From Sedimentisphaerales bacterium (GTDB lineage: Bacteria; Planctomycetota; Phycisphaerae; Sedimentisphaerales; Anaerobacaceae): a stretch of DNA of 64,000 nt. The notes beneath the pieces were generated by a model that worked only from the letters and a program-made list of their open reading frames with translations, was not told the origin of the DNA and ran no database searches. Each line of letters opens with the position of its first letter. The stretch's first letter is position 1. The translations under genes were made by a program, and so were the position numbers. Shown one piece after another: positions 48,430 through 57,167 of this stretch. Location: the NCBI GenBank assembly GCA_040772485.1, contig JAXGYC010000009.1:224001-288000 (forward strand). Direction: 5' to 3'.

Positions 48430-49527
48430 TTATGCGCCGAAGGTCGCGCCGATGGCTTTGGCCGCCTTGATCAGCGGGTGGTTTCTGGGAACGGTCCTGA
48501 TCTTGCCCGCGATGCTGGCCAGTGGGACGCTGGAGATCCCGCCGGCCTTCCAGACCACGAGGCGGTTCTTGACGCCGCCGGCCAGCAGTTCAATCGCGGC
48601 GTGGCCGAACATCGTCGCCAGCGTCCGGTCATGCGGCGTGGGTGTGCCGCCGCGCTGGATGTGCCCGAGGACCACCGCACGACAATCCAGCCCCGTCTGT
48701 CGATTGATGTCTTCGGCCAGCTTGTTACCGATCCCGCCCAGGCGGATCGGGTCGGGACTGGTCGCGATGCGTTTCAGGACGACCATTTGCCCGCCTCTTT
48801 CCTTGGCCCCCTCCGAGACGACAATAATGCTGAACCGCTTGCCGCACTCGGATCGGCCCAGGACGTACCGGCAGACGGTGTCCAGCTTGTACGGGATCTC
48901 CGGAATCAGGATGACGTCCGCGCCGCTGGCCGCTCCGGCGTAGAGGGCGATCCAGCCGGCGTAGCGCCCCATCACTTCGACGATCATCACGCGATGGTGC
49001 GAACTGGCGGTGCTGTGAACCTTGTCGATCGCCTCGGCGGCGGTGTTGACAGCCGTATCGAAGCCGAACGTCACGTCGGTGCCCGCCAGGTCGTTGTCGA
49101 TCGTCTTGGGCACGCCGATGACAGGCAGGCCCTTTTTGGCGAACTTGGCGGCCGAGGCCATCGTCCCGTCGCCCCCGATGCAAACCAGGGCTTCGATGCC
49201 GCGCTGCTTCAGGTTGTCCAGGCACTGATCGGAAAGATCCCTGATCTGCGTCCGCCTGGCGGTCTTGACGGGGAAGCGGAACGGATCGGATGTGTTGCTG
49301 CTGCCTAAAATCGTGCCGCCGACGGTGAGGATGTTGCTGGTCTGTTCGTAGGTCAGCGGCTCGATCCGGTTCTCGATGAATCCGAGGTAGCCGTCCTTGA
49401 TGCCCCAGACGGTCAGGCCGTACTCATTGATGGCGGTCTTGGTCACCGCGCGAATCACGGCGTTCAGGCCGGGGCAGTCGCCCCCGCCCGTCATCACGGC
49501 GATCGATTTCAGTTTCGCTCTGGCCAT
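48430..49527 (-). CDS. pfkA: 6-phosphofructokinase, group III type
   Basis: TGGGDCPGLNAVIR, IGGDGT, PKTIDND, EVMGR, LGHIQRGG; GGDG rather than GGDD suggests ATP use. Confidence 0.94.
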   Translation of the reverse strand: MARAKLKSIAVMTGGGDCPGLNAVIRAVTKTAINEYGLTVWGIKDGYLGFIENRIEPLTYEQTSNILTVGGTILGSSNTSDPFRFPVKTARRTQIRDLSDQCLDNLKQRGIEALVCIGGDGTMASAAKFAKKGLPVIGVPKTIDNDLAGTDVTFGFDTAVNTAAEAIDKVHSTASSHHRVMIVEVMGRYAGWIALYAGAASGADVILIPEIPYKLDTVCRYVLGRSECGKRFSIIVVSEGAKERGGQMVVLKRIATSPDPIRLGGIGNKLAEDINRQTGLDCRAVVLGHIQRGGTPTPHDRTLATMFGHAAIELLAGGVKNRLVVWKAGGISSVPLASIAGKIRTVPRNHPLIKAAKAIGATFGA

Positions 49528-49705
49528 TCGCTGTTCCTCTGTTTCCTTTTCGCTGCTGCTGTATACGCGATCGTTGGAGTCCGACCCCGGCGTAGCTCAG
49601 GATCGATCTCTGTCACCCTATCTTAGCCGTTGATCGGGCCCCTGAAAACAACAATGCGTCGATGGCGCGCCTTTCTGTCCGTCCGGGCACGCAACAGGTC
49701 TGTGC

Positions 49706-49735
49706 TTGTCAGCGGCGCGCCGGCAATGGTAGAGT
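49706..49735 (+). promoter_or_regulatory. Possible sigma70-type promoter
   Basis: TTGTCA - 18 nt - TAGAGT with extended TG, upstream of the DUF4177 gene. Confidence 0.35.
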
Positions 49736-49781
49736 ACTCTGGTGCTCATCGACAGAACAGCCATTGGGAAGGAGAAGCACT

Positions 49782-49976
49782 ATGAAGTGGGAATACCAGA
49801 CGGTCAAACTGGCTACGAGGGGGTTTCTGGGCGGCAAGTTCGACGAGAACCAGCTCGACGCCTACATGAACCAACTGGGCTCCCAGGGGTGGGAGCTGGT
49901 GGCCGGCTTCGACACGAACAAGAGCTACGGCGAGACGCGCGACGTCGTCGTGATTTTCAAGCGTCCCCTGTCGTGA
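49782..49976 (+). CDS. DUF4177 family small protein
   Basis: MKWEYQTV...MNQLGSQGWELV...IFKRP; AAGGAG RBS. Confidence 0.88.
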   Translation: MKWEYQTVKLATRGFLGGKFDENQLDAYMNQLGSQGWELVAGFDTNKSYGETRDVVVIFKRPLS

Positions 49977-50014
49977 TTGGCCCCTCTGCGCGGGATTGCG
50001 CCGGCGGAAATGTG

Positions 50015-50797
50015 ATGGTGAACCTCAGGACATACGGGCGAGCGCCTTTTGGCGTGGCGGTGATCCACGGCGGACCCGGCGCCGCCGGACAGATGGCGCC
50101 GGTGGCCCGGGAGCTGGCACGGGATATGGGGGTATTGGAACCGCTCCAAACGAAGCGGTCTGTCGAGGGCCAGATCGAAGAACTCAAGACCGTATTGGAG
50201 GCGAGCGCCGAACTTCCCGCGATCCTGGTAGGATTCTCGTGGGGCGCGTGGTTGAGCTACCTCTGTGCGGCGTATCACCCCGGTCTGGTCCGGAAGCTGA
50301 TCCTCGTCTCGAGCGCGCCGTTCGAAGAGAGATACGCATCGGGCATCCTCCAGACGCGCCTGGGTCGCCTGAGCGCCGACGAGCGGAGGCAGGTCCAGTC
50401 GATGATGGACGCCATGAAGGACCCCGATTCGGCCGACAAGGACGAGCTACTGGCCCGGTTCGGCAGGCTCTTCACCAGGACCGACGCGCGCGACCCCCTG
50501 ACGCTCGAAAGCGATGAGTTGGAGACCTCCTGGACGATTCACCAGAGTGTGTGGGGCGAGGCGGCCCACCTGCGAAGCACGGGCCGGCTTCTGGAGCTGG
50601 GCAGACAAATCGCCTGCCCGGTCGTGGCCCTTCACGGCGACTGGGACCCGCACCCGGCCGCCGGCGTCCGCGAGCCCCTGGCCAGCATTCTGAACGATTT
50701 CCGGTTCCTCCTGCTGCGCGACTGTGGACACACACCCTGGATCGAGAAGCGGGCCAAAGACGCGTTCTACGAGGTCCTCCGGGACCAGTTGTGCTGA
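50015..50797 (+). CDS. Alpha/beta hydrolase
   Basis: HGGPG oxyanion motif, GFSWG nucleophile elbow, HGDWD, CGHTPWIE. Confidence 0.9.
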   Translation: MVNLRTYGRAPFGVAVIHGGPGAAGQMAPVARELARDMGVLEPLQTKRSVEGQIEELKTVLEASAELPAILVGFSWGAWLSYLCAAYHPGLVRKLILVSSAPFEERYASGILQTRLGRLSADERRQVQSMMDAMKDPDSADKDELLARFGRLFTRTDARDPLTLESDELETSWTIHQSVWGEAAHLRSTGRLLELGRQIACPVVALHGDWDPHPAAGVREPLASILNDFRFLLLRDCGHTPWIEKRAKDAFYEVLRDQLC

Positions 50798-51000
50798 CGG
50801 AGATCGCCGCCGGGCGAGGGGGCGGGCCCTCGGTGTGGTGCTGCCATCGTCCGAGAAGTCGACGGACCGTACGCGTTCGCGGCGGCGGACCCTGTTTTCC
50901 CTCCACGAAGAAGGTGGTTTCTATTGTATCCTGCGGAAGTGCCCCCAGGAAGCGGGAAGACCCATTGGAGAGGTGCCATCGGCAGGTCGATGAACGATTT

Positions 51001-51024
51001 GTAGGATGGGCTTTAGCCCATGCC
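51001..51024. repeat. GTAGGATGGGCTTTAGCCCAT REP
   Basis: GTAG foot plus ATGGGCT-T-AGCCCAT-type hairpin. Confidence 0.7.
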
Positions 51025-51057
51025 GTATCTGTGATCCGATGGAAGAATGGATGGTCG

Positions 51058-51561
51058 ATGGTGAATACGGGAGCCAGTATGGTCGCAACGTCGTCTCTGA
51101 AGGGGGTGCTGCTGGACAGCGCCAAGGAAGTGTTCGAATCGATGGTCTTCATGCCCCTGGAGGAGGTCGAAGGGCAGAGGCCGGACCACGAGAGTGTGAC
51201 GTTACTCGGGACCATCACCTTCGCTGGAAACCTTGAAGGTTGTCTGGGCGTCTGCTGTGACATGGCCGGCGCCCGCGCCATCGGCGCGGGCATGCTCTGC
51301 ATGGATTCGCCGGAGCAGATGGCGGATGAAGAGTTGGCCGATGCGATGGGTGAGATCGCCAACATGGTGATGGGGGCGGTCAAGACCCGCATCCAGGATG
51401 ACTACCAGAGCATTCTCATCTCTGTTCCTTCCGTGGTTCAAGGGCGCGAATTGCGCCGTCGCCCGAACGACGGGATGGTCCAGATCGTCGCCTCCACGCG
51501 GGCCGGCGGATCGCACCACGTGGAATTCTCCCTGACCTATCGCGAGGCCGGCGTCGCGTAG
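51058..51561 (+). CDS. cheX: CheX family chemotaxis phosphatase
   Basis: ITFAGNLEG, DAMGEIANMVMG (ExxN), ISVPSVVQG. Alternative start 51079. Confidence 0.85.
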   Translation: MVNTGASMVATSSLKGVLLDSAKEVFESMVFMPLEEVEGQRPDHESVTLLGTITFAGNLEGCLGVCCDMAGARAIGAGMLCMDSPEQMADEELADAMGEIANMVMGAVKTRIQDDYQSILISVPSVVQGRELRRRPNDGMVQIVASTRAGGSHHVEFSLTYREAGVA

Positions 51562-51565
51562 GATC

Positions 51566-51644
51566 CGATTTCGAATTGCAGACTTCGGATTGCAGATTCG
51601 CAGCCAGAAGCGAATCCGAAATCCGCAGTCCCCAATCCACAATC
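51566..51644. repeat. 7-bp periodic palindrome between convergent genes
   Basis: 51581-51644 matches 61961-62024 with 6 mismatches by my count. Confidence 0.85.
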
Positions 51645-52194
51645 AGGGCTGGGCGGGCTCCTGGTTGGAGCTTGGATAGCTGCGCCGATATCCTCCGCCG
51701 AGCAAGTCTTTCTTCAGCGCCTCGACGGCGGCCTGCGCATGATCGTCGAACCGCATGAACGTCTGCGTCAGCGCCGAGCCGACAATCGCTCCGGTGGCAC
51801 TGTCGACGACCCGGACGCGCAGTTTCATCAGTTTGCCCGGCCGATCCTCGTCTTTGTAGTAGCTGCACAGGAACAGCGCCTCGACGCCGAGAATCTCCTT
51901 GATGCGCGCCCGCGTCTTGTCGTTGAGCCGGCCCTGGAGCAGGTCCTGCTCGCCCACGATCTTGGCCAGCTCGCCCCTCTCGACGAAGGTAATGGGCTTG
52001 CCGACGAAGGTCTTGATGTAGGCGGCCATGAAGATCTGCTCCTGCTCGGGGTCCAGGCCGAGCACGGCCAGACGCTCATAGGTGATCAGCTCGGGTTTGG
52101 TGAAGACCGCCCGTGTGTTGCCCTCGCAGCCGGCCAGAAACGCCAGAATCATCGCAGTGCAAATGACAGCGACTACGTTGTGTCGTCCGTTCAT
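51643..52194 (-). CDS. Lipoprotein, CsgG/HfaB-like fold
   Basis: LAGC lipobox; FVERGELAKIVGEQDL and RVVDSATGAIV motifs; AAGGAG RBS. Confidence 0.7.
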   Translation of the reverse strand: MNGRHNVVAVICTAMILAFLAGCEGNTRAVFTKPELITYERLAVLGLDPEQEQIFMAAYIKTFVGKPITFVERGELAKIVGEQDLLQGRLNDKTRARIKEILGVEALFLCSYYKDEDRPGKLMKLRVRVVDSATGAIVGSALTQTFMRFDDHAQAAVEALKKDLLGGGYRRSYPSSNQEPAQP

Positions 52195-52455
52195 CGTTGT
52201 CACTCCTTGAAAGTCGGTAGTCCGCCACAGGCGGATTCGCAAACGGCTATCTTATAGTATCGGCCGATCGTGCCCGAACTCTGTTGCCATTCTGGTTTTG
52301 GATTGCGGAAATCGTGCTCTTGCTGGGGTTTATCGAAGGTCTCGCGTTGCACGCAGGCCGACGGAGCGGTACGATGGCACTGACGGATGCGCCAAATCCG
52401 AAACAAGCACGAAAGCCCAAAACCCGAAACCTGAAAGCGGCCTGCGGCCAGGATT

Positions 52456-52483
52456 GCAGGGGCGAATGATGATTCGCCCCTGC
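52456..52483. repeat. GTAG-family REP
   Basis: gcaggggcgaatgatgattcgcccctgc. Confidence 0.8.
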
Positions 52484-52501
52484 CTCCAGAGGACGGACCG
52501 A

Positions 52502-52993
52502 ATGCGAATTGGCATCATCTCCGACACGCACGACAACCATCGCAACGTTCGCAGGGCGATCGAGATCTTCAACGAGCAGGCCGTGGAGTATGTCCTCCAC
52601 GCGGGCGATATGACGAGTTCCTCCACGGCGTCGCTGTTCGCCGAGCTTTGCGGTAGCCGGTTCGTTGCGGTCATGGGCAACTGCGATGCCGACCGTCTCT
52701 CGCTTCGAATCGCCATCGAAGCGTTCGCAGGCGAGGCTCACGAGTCGCGCTTCGATGGATCGATCGACGGCAAGGCGGTCTACATGGCCCACATCCCGCA
52801 CGCGGTCAAACACGCGATCGACAGCCAGGCGTACGACCTGGTCGTCTACGGTCACACCCACCGTCAGGCCATTCACCGCGTCGGCAGGACCCTGATCGTC
52901 AATCCCGGGGCCGCCCGGAACTGGATGGGCGAGGGCGGTCACGTGTTGATCGTCGATCTGTCCGATATGAGCGTCACCGCCCAATCGCTGTGA
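52502..52993 (+). CDS. YfcE/MJ0936-family metallophosphoesterase
   Basis: ISDTH, HAGD, GNCD, GHTH, NPG motifs; GAGG RBS. Confidence 0.92.
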   Translation: MRIGIISDTHDNHRNVRRAIEIFNEQAVEYVLHAGDMTSSSTASLFAELCGSRFVAVMGNCDADRLSLRIAIEAFAGEAHESRFDGSIDGKAVYMAHIPHAVKHAIDSQAYDLVVYGHTHRQAIHRVGRTLIVNPGAARNWMGEGGHVLIVDLSDMSVTAQSL

Positions 52994-55811
52994 CCGCGCC
53001 GGCCGCCGTTCCGCGGGTCACCTCGTAGTAGTAGCTCGCATAGCGCCCGTCAATGCGGAAGGTGTTGTCGGTGTCCCGATGGATATCGGGACCGGTGGGC
53101 ACGCCATAGACGTCAACGACCTTCACCGATTTCAGCGGCTCCCCTTTGATCGAGATCGTCGCCTGCACCGGTTCGAGCAGCAGGGGCGGCCCGCCGGCAT
53201 CAAGCAGCTCCGTCCCGTCGCTGTTGTAGGTGGCGCCGTACTGTTTGTCACGAGCCATCGCTGTGATCAGGATGTGTCCCGATTCGACGAGCGGACGGTT
53301 ATCCAATGGGGTCAGCAGAAGACTGACGAACGGTGTATCGATGTCCCGGACCGTCACGCCCGGCAGATCGTATGATTCGCCTGCCGCGAAACCGATAATC
53401 CCCTGCGTCTTGTCGGACTGGACCACGACGACGCGACGGGCGTAGTCCCACGCGAGCTGGCCCGTGTTGCTGCGCACGGTCTGGGTGGCTCGGTCCCACC
53501 AGCCGGACAGGCTCTCGAGTTGCGAAGGGGCCTGACCATCCTCGATCTTGAGTGTCACACGCCCGATGGCCAGAGCCTCGACGGGGATATTGCCCTGACC
53601 CAGCAGTTCGCTCTCATCGTAGCCGGACCGGCCCTGGGTCTGCTGTAACGCATCGATCCCCGCGAAGATCTGATCGGTCGCCAGCCGGCGCGCCGCCACG
53701 ATCGAACCCTCGTCGAAATGGTTGTTGTAGACGGCAAAGGCCAGGGCGGGAAACTGACCGATATAGTGCGGCGTCTCCGTCACGTAGGAATTCATACTGG
53801 GCCAGCCGTTGCCCATGTAGCTTCGCGAGCCGGCGAAATGATACGAAGCGTCCCAGCCCTGAAGCCCCATGCCATAACACGCCATCAGCGGCGCGATCTC
53901 CGCCTTCCACTGGTTGGGCGGTTTCTGCGTCCATTCGGTCATGATGAAGGGTCTGTCCTCCACCTGCCAGAGCCCGCTGGACAGGATGCCCCGGCCCGGC
54001 CGGGTCAGGTGCGTCTCGTTGTTGACCGAGCCGGTAGTGATGCCGTGCCCTCCGGCGCCGCCCCCCGAGTAGTTGTGCCGGTCGATCGCGTCGACTGCGT
54101 CATCGGTCCAGAGATTGGCAGCCGACGCGGCTGGACCGCCCGCCCTCCAGGCCGTGCTCACCACCACCGCCTTGTACCCAAGCTCGCGCAGACGCTGCTG
54201 ATACGTGACGTAGGTATATCGCTGCATCTCGGCCAGGAACCGGATGAAATCACCCATCCGTTTCTTCTCGGCGTTCTTGTTCGAGAACGGGCCGTCCGCC
54301 TCCATCTCCCAGGCGGCGTAGATCGCCATGTTGATCTCGTTGACGGAATCCGGTCGGCTCTGCACCGACCCGTCATCGTTGTATCTCGTCGTGGTCTTGC
54401 GGCCGGCGCCCCACGCCGCGGCCAGGAGCCGGTCATCGCCGTACGCGCCTTTGACCCACTGCTGCCACATCTTCTTGAGGCGGGCGGCGTGATTCGGATG
54501 CGTCCGGCCCTTGACAAAGGAATCGCCCAGCGGATTGTGGAAGAAGATGCTGTCTTCGTTCCGTGCTTCGACGATCGCCAGAGCCGGGTCGTCCTTGTAG
54601 GCCAGGCCCGTGTACGGATTGACGTGGTTCAGCAAGGCCTTTGCATATTGCCACTGCGAGTCCTGGTATTCCTCGACGAAGGTGGCCAGGCCGTATGTGT
54701 CTTTGCCGGCGCCGCTGTTCGGCAGTTCGTTGTAGAGGGCCGGATCGATCCCCTGATCGGGCAGCACCACGTGGTGGTAGAAAATCGACCACGTCATGTG
54801 GATGCCCTGGTTCTTGAGGATGCTGAACCATCGATCGAACCGGTCGAGCTTCTCGGCGTCGAAGCACCGCTGCGGCCCGCATTTCTGGAGCGAGCCGAGG
54901 ACCCCTTCGACGGGATGTTGGCGGACCATGTTGATCCCGTGCTTGGCATAGAACCTCGCCTGCCTCTGCTGGGCCTCGACCGTTCCGGTCATGGAGGCGT
55001 CGATCCCCCAGAACTTCACAGGTGTGCCGTCTTCGAACGCGAAGTCCTTCCCGGCGGATTTGAGGAAGCCGTGCGTCCCGGCGGGCCTGTCGATCAGGTT
55101 GCTCATGTCGATGATCGAATCGGGCGAGTACGGATCGGGTCCGACCGTCAAGGCGAACCAATCGGCGGGGCCGGGGTCGGGTGCGTTCGCATCCGGCGCC
55201 AGCACGCCCGTGGGCGCCCACGGGAAATTCGTCAGCGCCATCACGTCGATGCCACCGTGATTGTCCTGCTCGCCGTTGCGAAGGGACAGGCGGATTTGCA
55301 GCTCGTAGAGGCCCTGAGGCAACTCGAACGCGGCGCCGTAGCACCACGCGATGAAGCGGATGTCGATGCCCGGATCGACCAGGTCGATCATGTTGTCCCG
55401 GGCATCCGATGTGTCGAGCGTCTGCCAGGCGGACCACGACCCGCGAGTGGACCGGTGTCGATAGCTGTAGTTTCCGCCGCCGTTGCTGTTGCGAAAGGGG
55501 TTCAGGCGGACCCACCATGTGTAAGCGCCGCCCTCCGTGACGCTGAAACGATAGGTCGCGATCGCCTCGCCGTCGCCGAAGTGGACGTGCCAGTCGCCGT
55601 CGGGTCCGCCGGGCTGGCCGGGAGAGAGCAGGTCCTTGCCGATGTTCGTGTTTCGATACCAGCCGTGCCCGTTGAAGGAAGAGCTTGCGGCGTCCTCACC
55701 CTCGATCCAGATCGCCTCCTTCGCAACGGCGGGTGACGGTCCGATCGACAGGAGGATTCCCGCAACCAGCAGTGAGAAAGCCAACTCGATGTGTGCCATT
55801 TTCGACAACAT
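52974..55811 (-). CDS. Large secreted clan GH-A-like glycoside hydrolase with N-terminal beta-sandwich
   Basis: Signal peptide; PVKFWG, GINMVR, HVNPYTGLAYKDDPA, RNE (acid/base), DRHNY, MTEW (nucleophile). Confidence 0.7.
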   Translation of the reverse strand: MLSKMAHIELAFSLLVAGILLSIGPSPAVAKEAIWIEGEDAASSSFNGHGWYRNTNIGKDLLSPGQPGGPDGDWHVHFGDGEAIATYRFSVTEGGAYTWWVRLNPFRNSNGGGNYSYRHRSTRGSWSAWQTLDTSDARDNMIDLVDPGIDIRFIAWCYGAAFELPQGLYELQIRLSLRNGEQDNHGGIDVMALTNFPWAPTGVLAPDANAPDPGPADWFALTVGPDPYSPDSIIDMSNLIDRPAGTHGFLKSAGKDFAFEDGTPVKFWGIDASMTGTVEAQQRQARFYAKHGINMVRQHPVEGVLGSLQKCGPQRCFDAEKLDRFDRWFSILKNQGIHMTWSIFYHHVVLPDQGIDPALYNELPNSGAGKDTYGLATFVEEYQDSQWQYAKALLNHVNPYTGLAYKDDPALAIVEARNEDSIFFHNPLGDSFVKGRTHPNHAARLKKMWQQWVKGAYGDDRLLAAAWGAGRKTTTRYNDDGSVQSRPDSVNEINMAIYAAWEMEADGPFSNKNAEKKRMGDFIRFLAEMQRYTYVTYQQRLRELGYKAVVVSTAWRAGGPAASAANLWTDDAVDAIDRHNYSGGGAGGHGITTGSVNNETHLTRPGRGILSSGLWQVEDRPFIMTEWTQKPPNQWKAEIAPLMACYGMGLQGWDASYHFAGSRSYMGNGWPSMNSYVTETPHYIGQFPALAFAVYNNHFDEGSIVAARRLATDQIFAGIDALQQTQGRSGYDESELLGQGNIPVEALAIGRVTLKIEDGQAPSQLESLSGWWDRATQTVRSNTGQLAWDYARRVVVVQSDKTQGIIGFAAGESYDLPGVTVRDIDTPFVSLLLTPLDNRPLVESGHILITAMARDKQYGATYNSDGTELLDAGGPPLLLEPVQATISIKGEPLKSVKVVDVYGVPTGPDIHRDTDNTFRIDGRYASYYYEVTRGTAAGAVTAIGR

Positions 55812-55962
55812 GATTGCTCCTACCCTCCCAGGGAAATCCGAAGTCCTCATATGGCGCGTACACGCACCTCGGCTCGATTGGAGCGCAGTATATCAGAACG
55901 GCAGTGGAATTGCGATGGTTCGGGCTGCGGAGGCCTGGGGCGGTATGGAAGAGGGGCAGAAG

Positions 55963-56031
55963 GCGGGTGGCAGCCTCAAGCGAACCCTCCCGATGGACAT
56001 CGGGACCAAGGCGCTTGAGGCTGTCACCCGC
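55963..56031. repeat. Nested palindrome: GCGGGTGGCAGCCTCAAGCG arms enclosing a TCCCGAT-N4-ATCGGGA hairpin
   Basis: Near-perfect inverted arms 55963-55982 and 56012-56031, 13 nt past the stop of 56045..56926; possible terminator. Confidence 0.75.
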
Positions 56032-56044
56032 TTGGTTTGCGCGA

Positions 56045-56926
56045 TCAGGCACGCATCTTCCGGTAGTTCTTCAGGCACAACTCAATCGCTTCGAGCGGCG
56101 GGTAGACGTCCTTCTCTTCCTCGATGATGTACCATTCGGTCTTGCCGATCGTCTCGCTCAGGGCGAAGACTTCGTCCCATTTGACATCCCCTTCGCCCAG
56201 GATGGCGTTCTTGTTGGTCGCGGAGTATTCCTTCAGGTGGACCGTGAGCGACCGACCAGGATACTTCTTCAGATAGGCGATCGGATCGCCGCCGCCGTCC
56301 ATGCAGTTGCCGGTGTCGATCTGCATGACGACACTCTTGCCTGTGTTGCCGAACAGAATGTCCCACGGCACCTCGCCACTGTCGAGGGCGTGGAAGTCAT
56401 GGGCGTGACAGTGATAGCCGACGACCATTCCCTCTTTCTCCACCCTCGCAGCGACCTCGTTGAACCGCTTGGCGTGATCGAGCCAGGCCTGCTTCGGATT
56501 AGCGTCGTTGGGCTGGAGCCAGGGACAGATCAGGTACTTGTTGCCGAGGATCTGGTTGAACTCGATGGTCGCCTCCAGGTTGGCGGGCAGCAGCGTATCC
56601 ATCTGGGTGTGCGTGCCGCAGCACTTCAGGCCGTTGTCGTCGAGGATCTTGCGCAGACTCTTGGCGGCGTAGTCGTAATAGCCGGCGAACTCGACGCCGT
56701 CATAGCCCATGGCGGCCACCTTGGCGACGGTGCCGGGCAGGTCCTTGGCGCACTCGGCGCGGACCGAGTAGAGCTGCACGCCGATCGGCATCTTGCGTTT
56801 GGCGAACGGCTTCTTCATTCCGTCCGCACAGCCTGCTCCCATCAGACCGGCCGCAGCGAATGACGCGGCGGTAGTGGCCAGAAAGTCACGACGGGAAAGC
56901 CTGGATTGCCCTTGCTGGTTCTTCAT
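56045..56926 (-). CDS. Tat-exported sugar phosphate isomerase/epimerase (AP-endonuclease-2 TIM barrel)
   Basis: SRRDFL twin-arginine signal; IGVQLYSVR, GYDGVEFAG, QIDTG, VHLKE, IIEEE. Confidence 0.9.
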   Translation of the reverse strand: MKNQQGQSRLSRRDFLATTAASFAAAGLMGAGCADGMKKPFAKRKMPIGVQLYSVRAECAKDLPGTVAKVAAMGYDGVEFAGYYDYAAKSLRKILDDNGLKCCGTHTQMDTLLPANLEATIEFNQILGNKYLICPWLQPNDANPKQAWLDHAKRFNEVAARVEKEGMVVGYHCHAHDFHALDSGEVPWDILFGNTGKSVVMQIDTGNCMDGGGDPIAYLKKYPGRSLTVHLKEYSATNKNAILGEGDVKWDEVFALSETIGKTEWYIIEEEKDVYPPLEAIELCLKNYRKMRA

Positions 56927-56975
56927 GTTCCTTCACCTCGTTTCATCGTCCTGTTTCGGTTCGGTTAATGGGTCT

Positions 56976-57145
56976 GTAGGGGCGAATGATTATTCACCCC
57001 TGCGTTGGCATGATTGTAGGGGCCTGCGAGACGTCGGTCAAACGCAAAACCCGGCCTGGGCACGCGTGAAAACCGTTGCGAAACCGGCCCGGACACGCGA
57101 TGATGGGGGGCCGTTGAGTACGGGCGAATCATGATTCGCCCCTAC
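56976..57145. repeat. Inverted pair of GTAG REPs (56976-57003, 57118-57145) bracketing the divergent promoter region
   Basis: gtaggggcgaatgattattcacccctgc ... gtacgggcgaatcatgattcgcccctac. Confidence 0.8.
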
Positions 57146-57167
57146 ACACAGATTGAGGAGAACCGCT

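Noticed and set aside
49585..49620. CCCGGCGTAGCTCAG resembling a tRNA 5' end
   Set aside because: No D-loop GG continuation, anticodon arm or TTCG T-arm follows.
50880..51000. Possible c-di-GMP riboswitch upstream of cheX
   Set aside because: Conserved class I and class II elements could not be matched by eye; an Rfam/Infernal scan would be needed.
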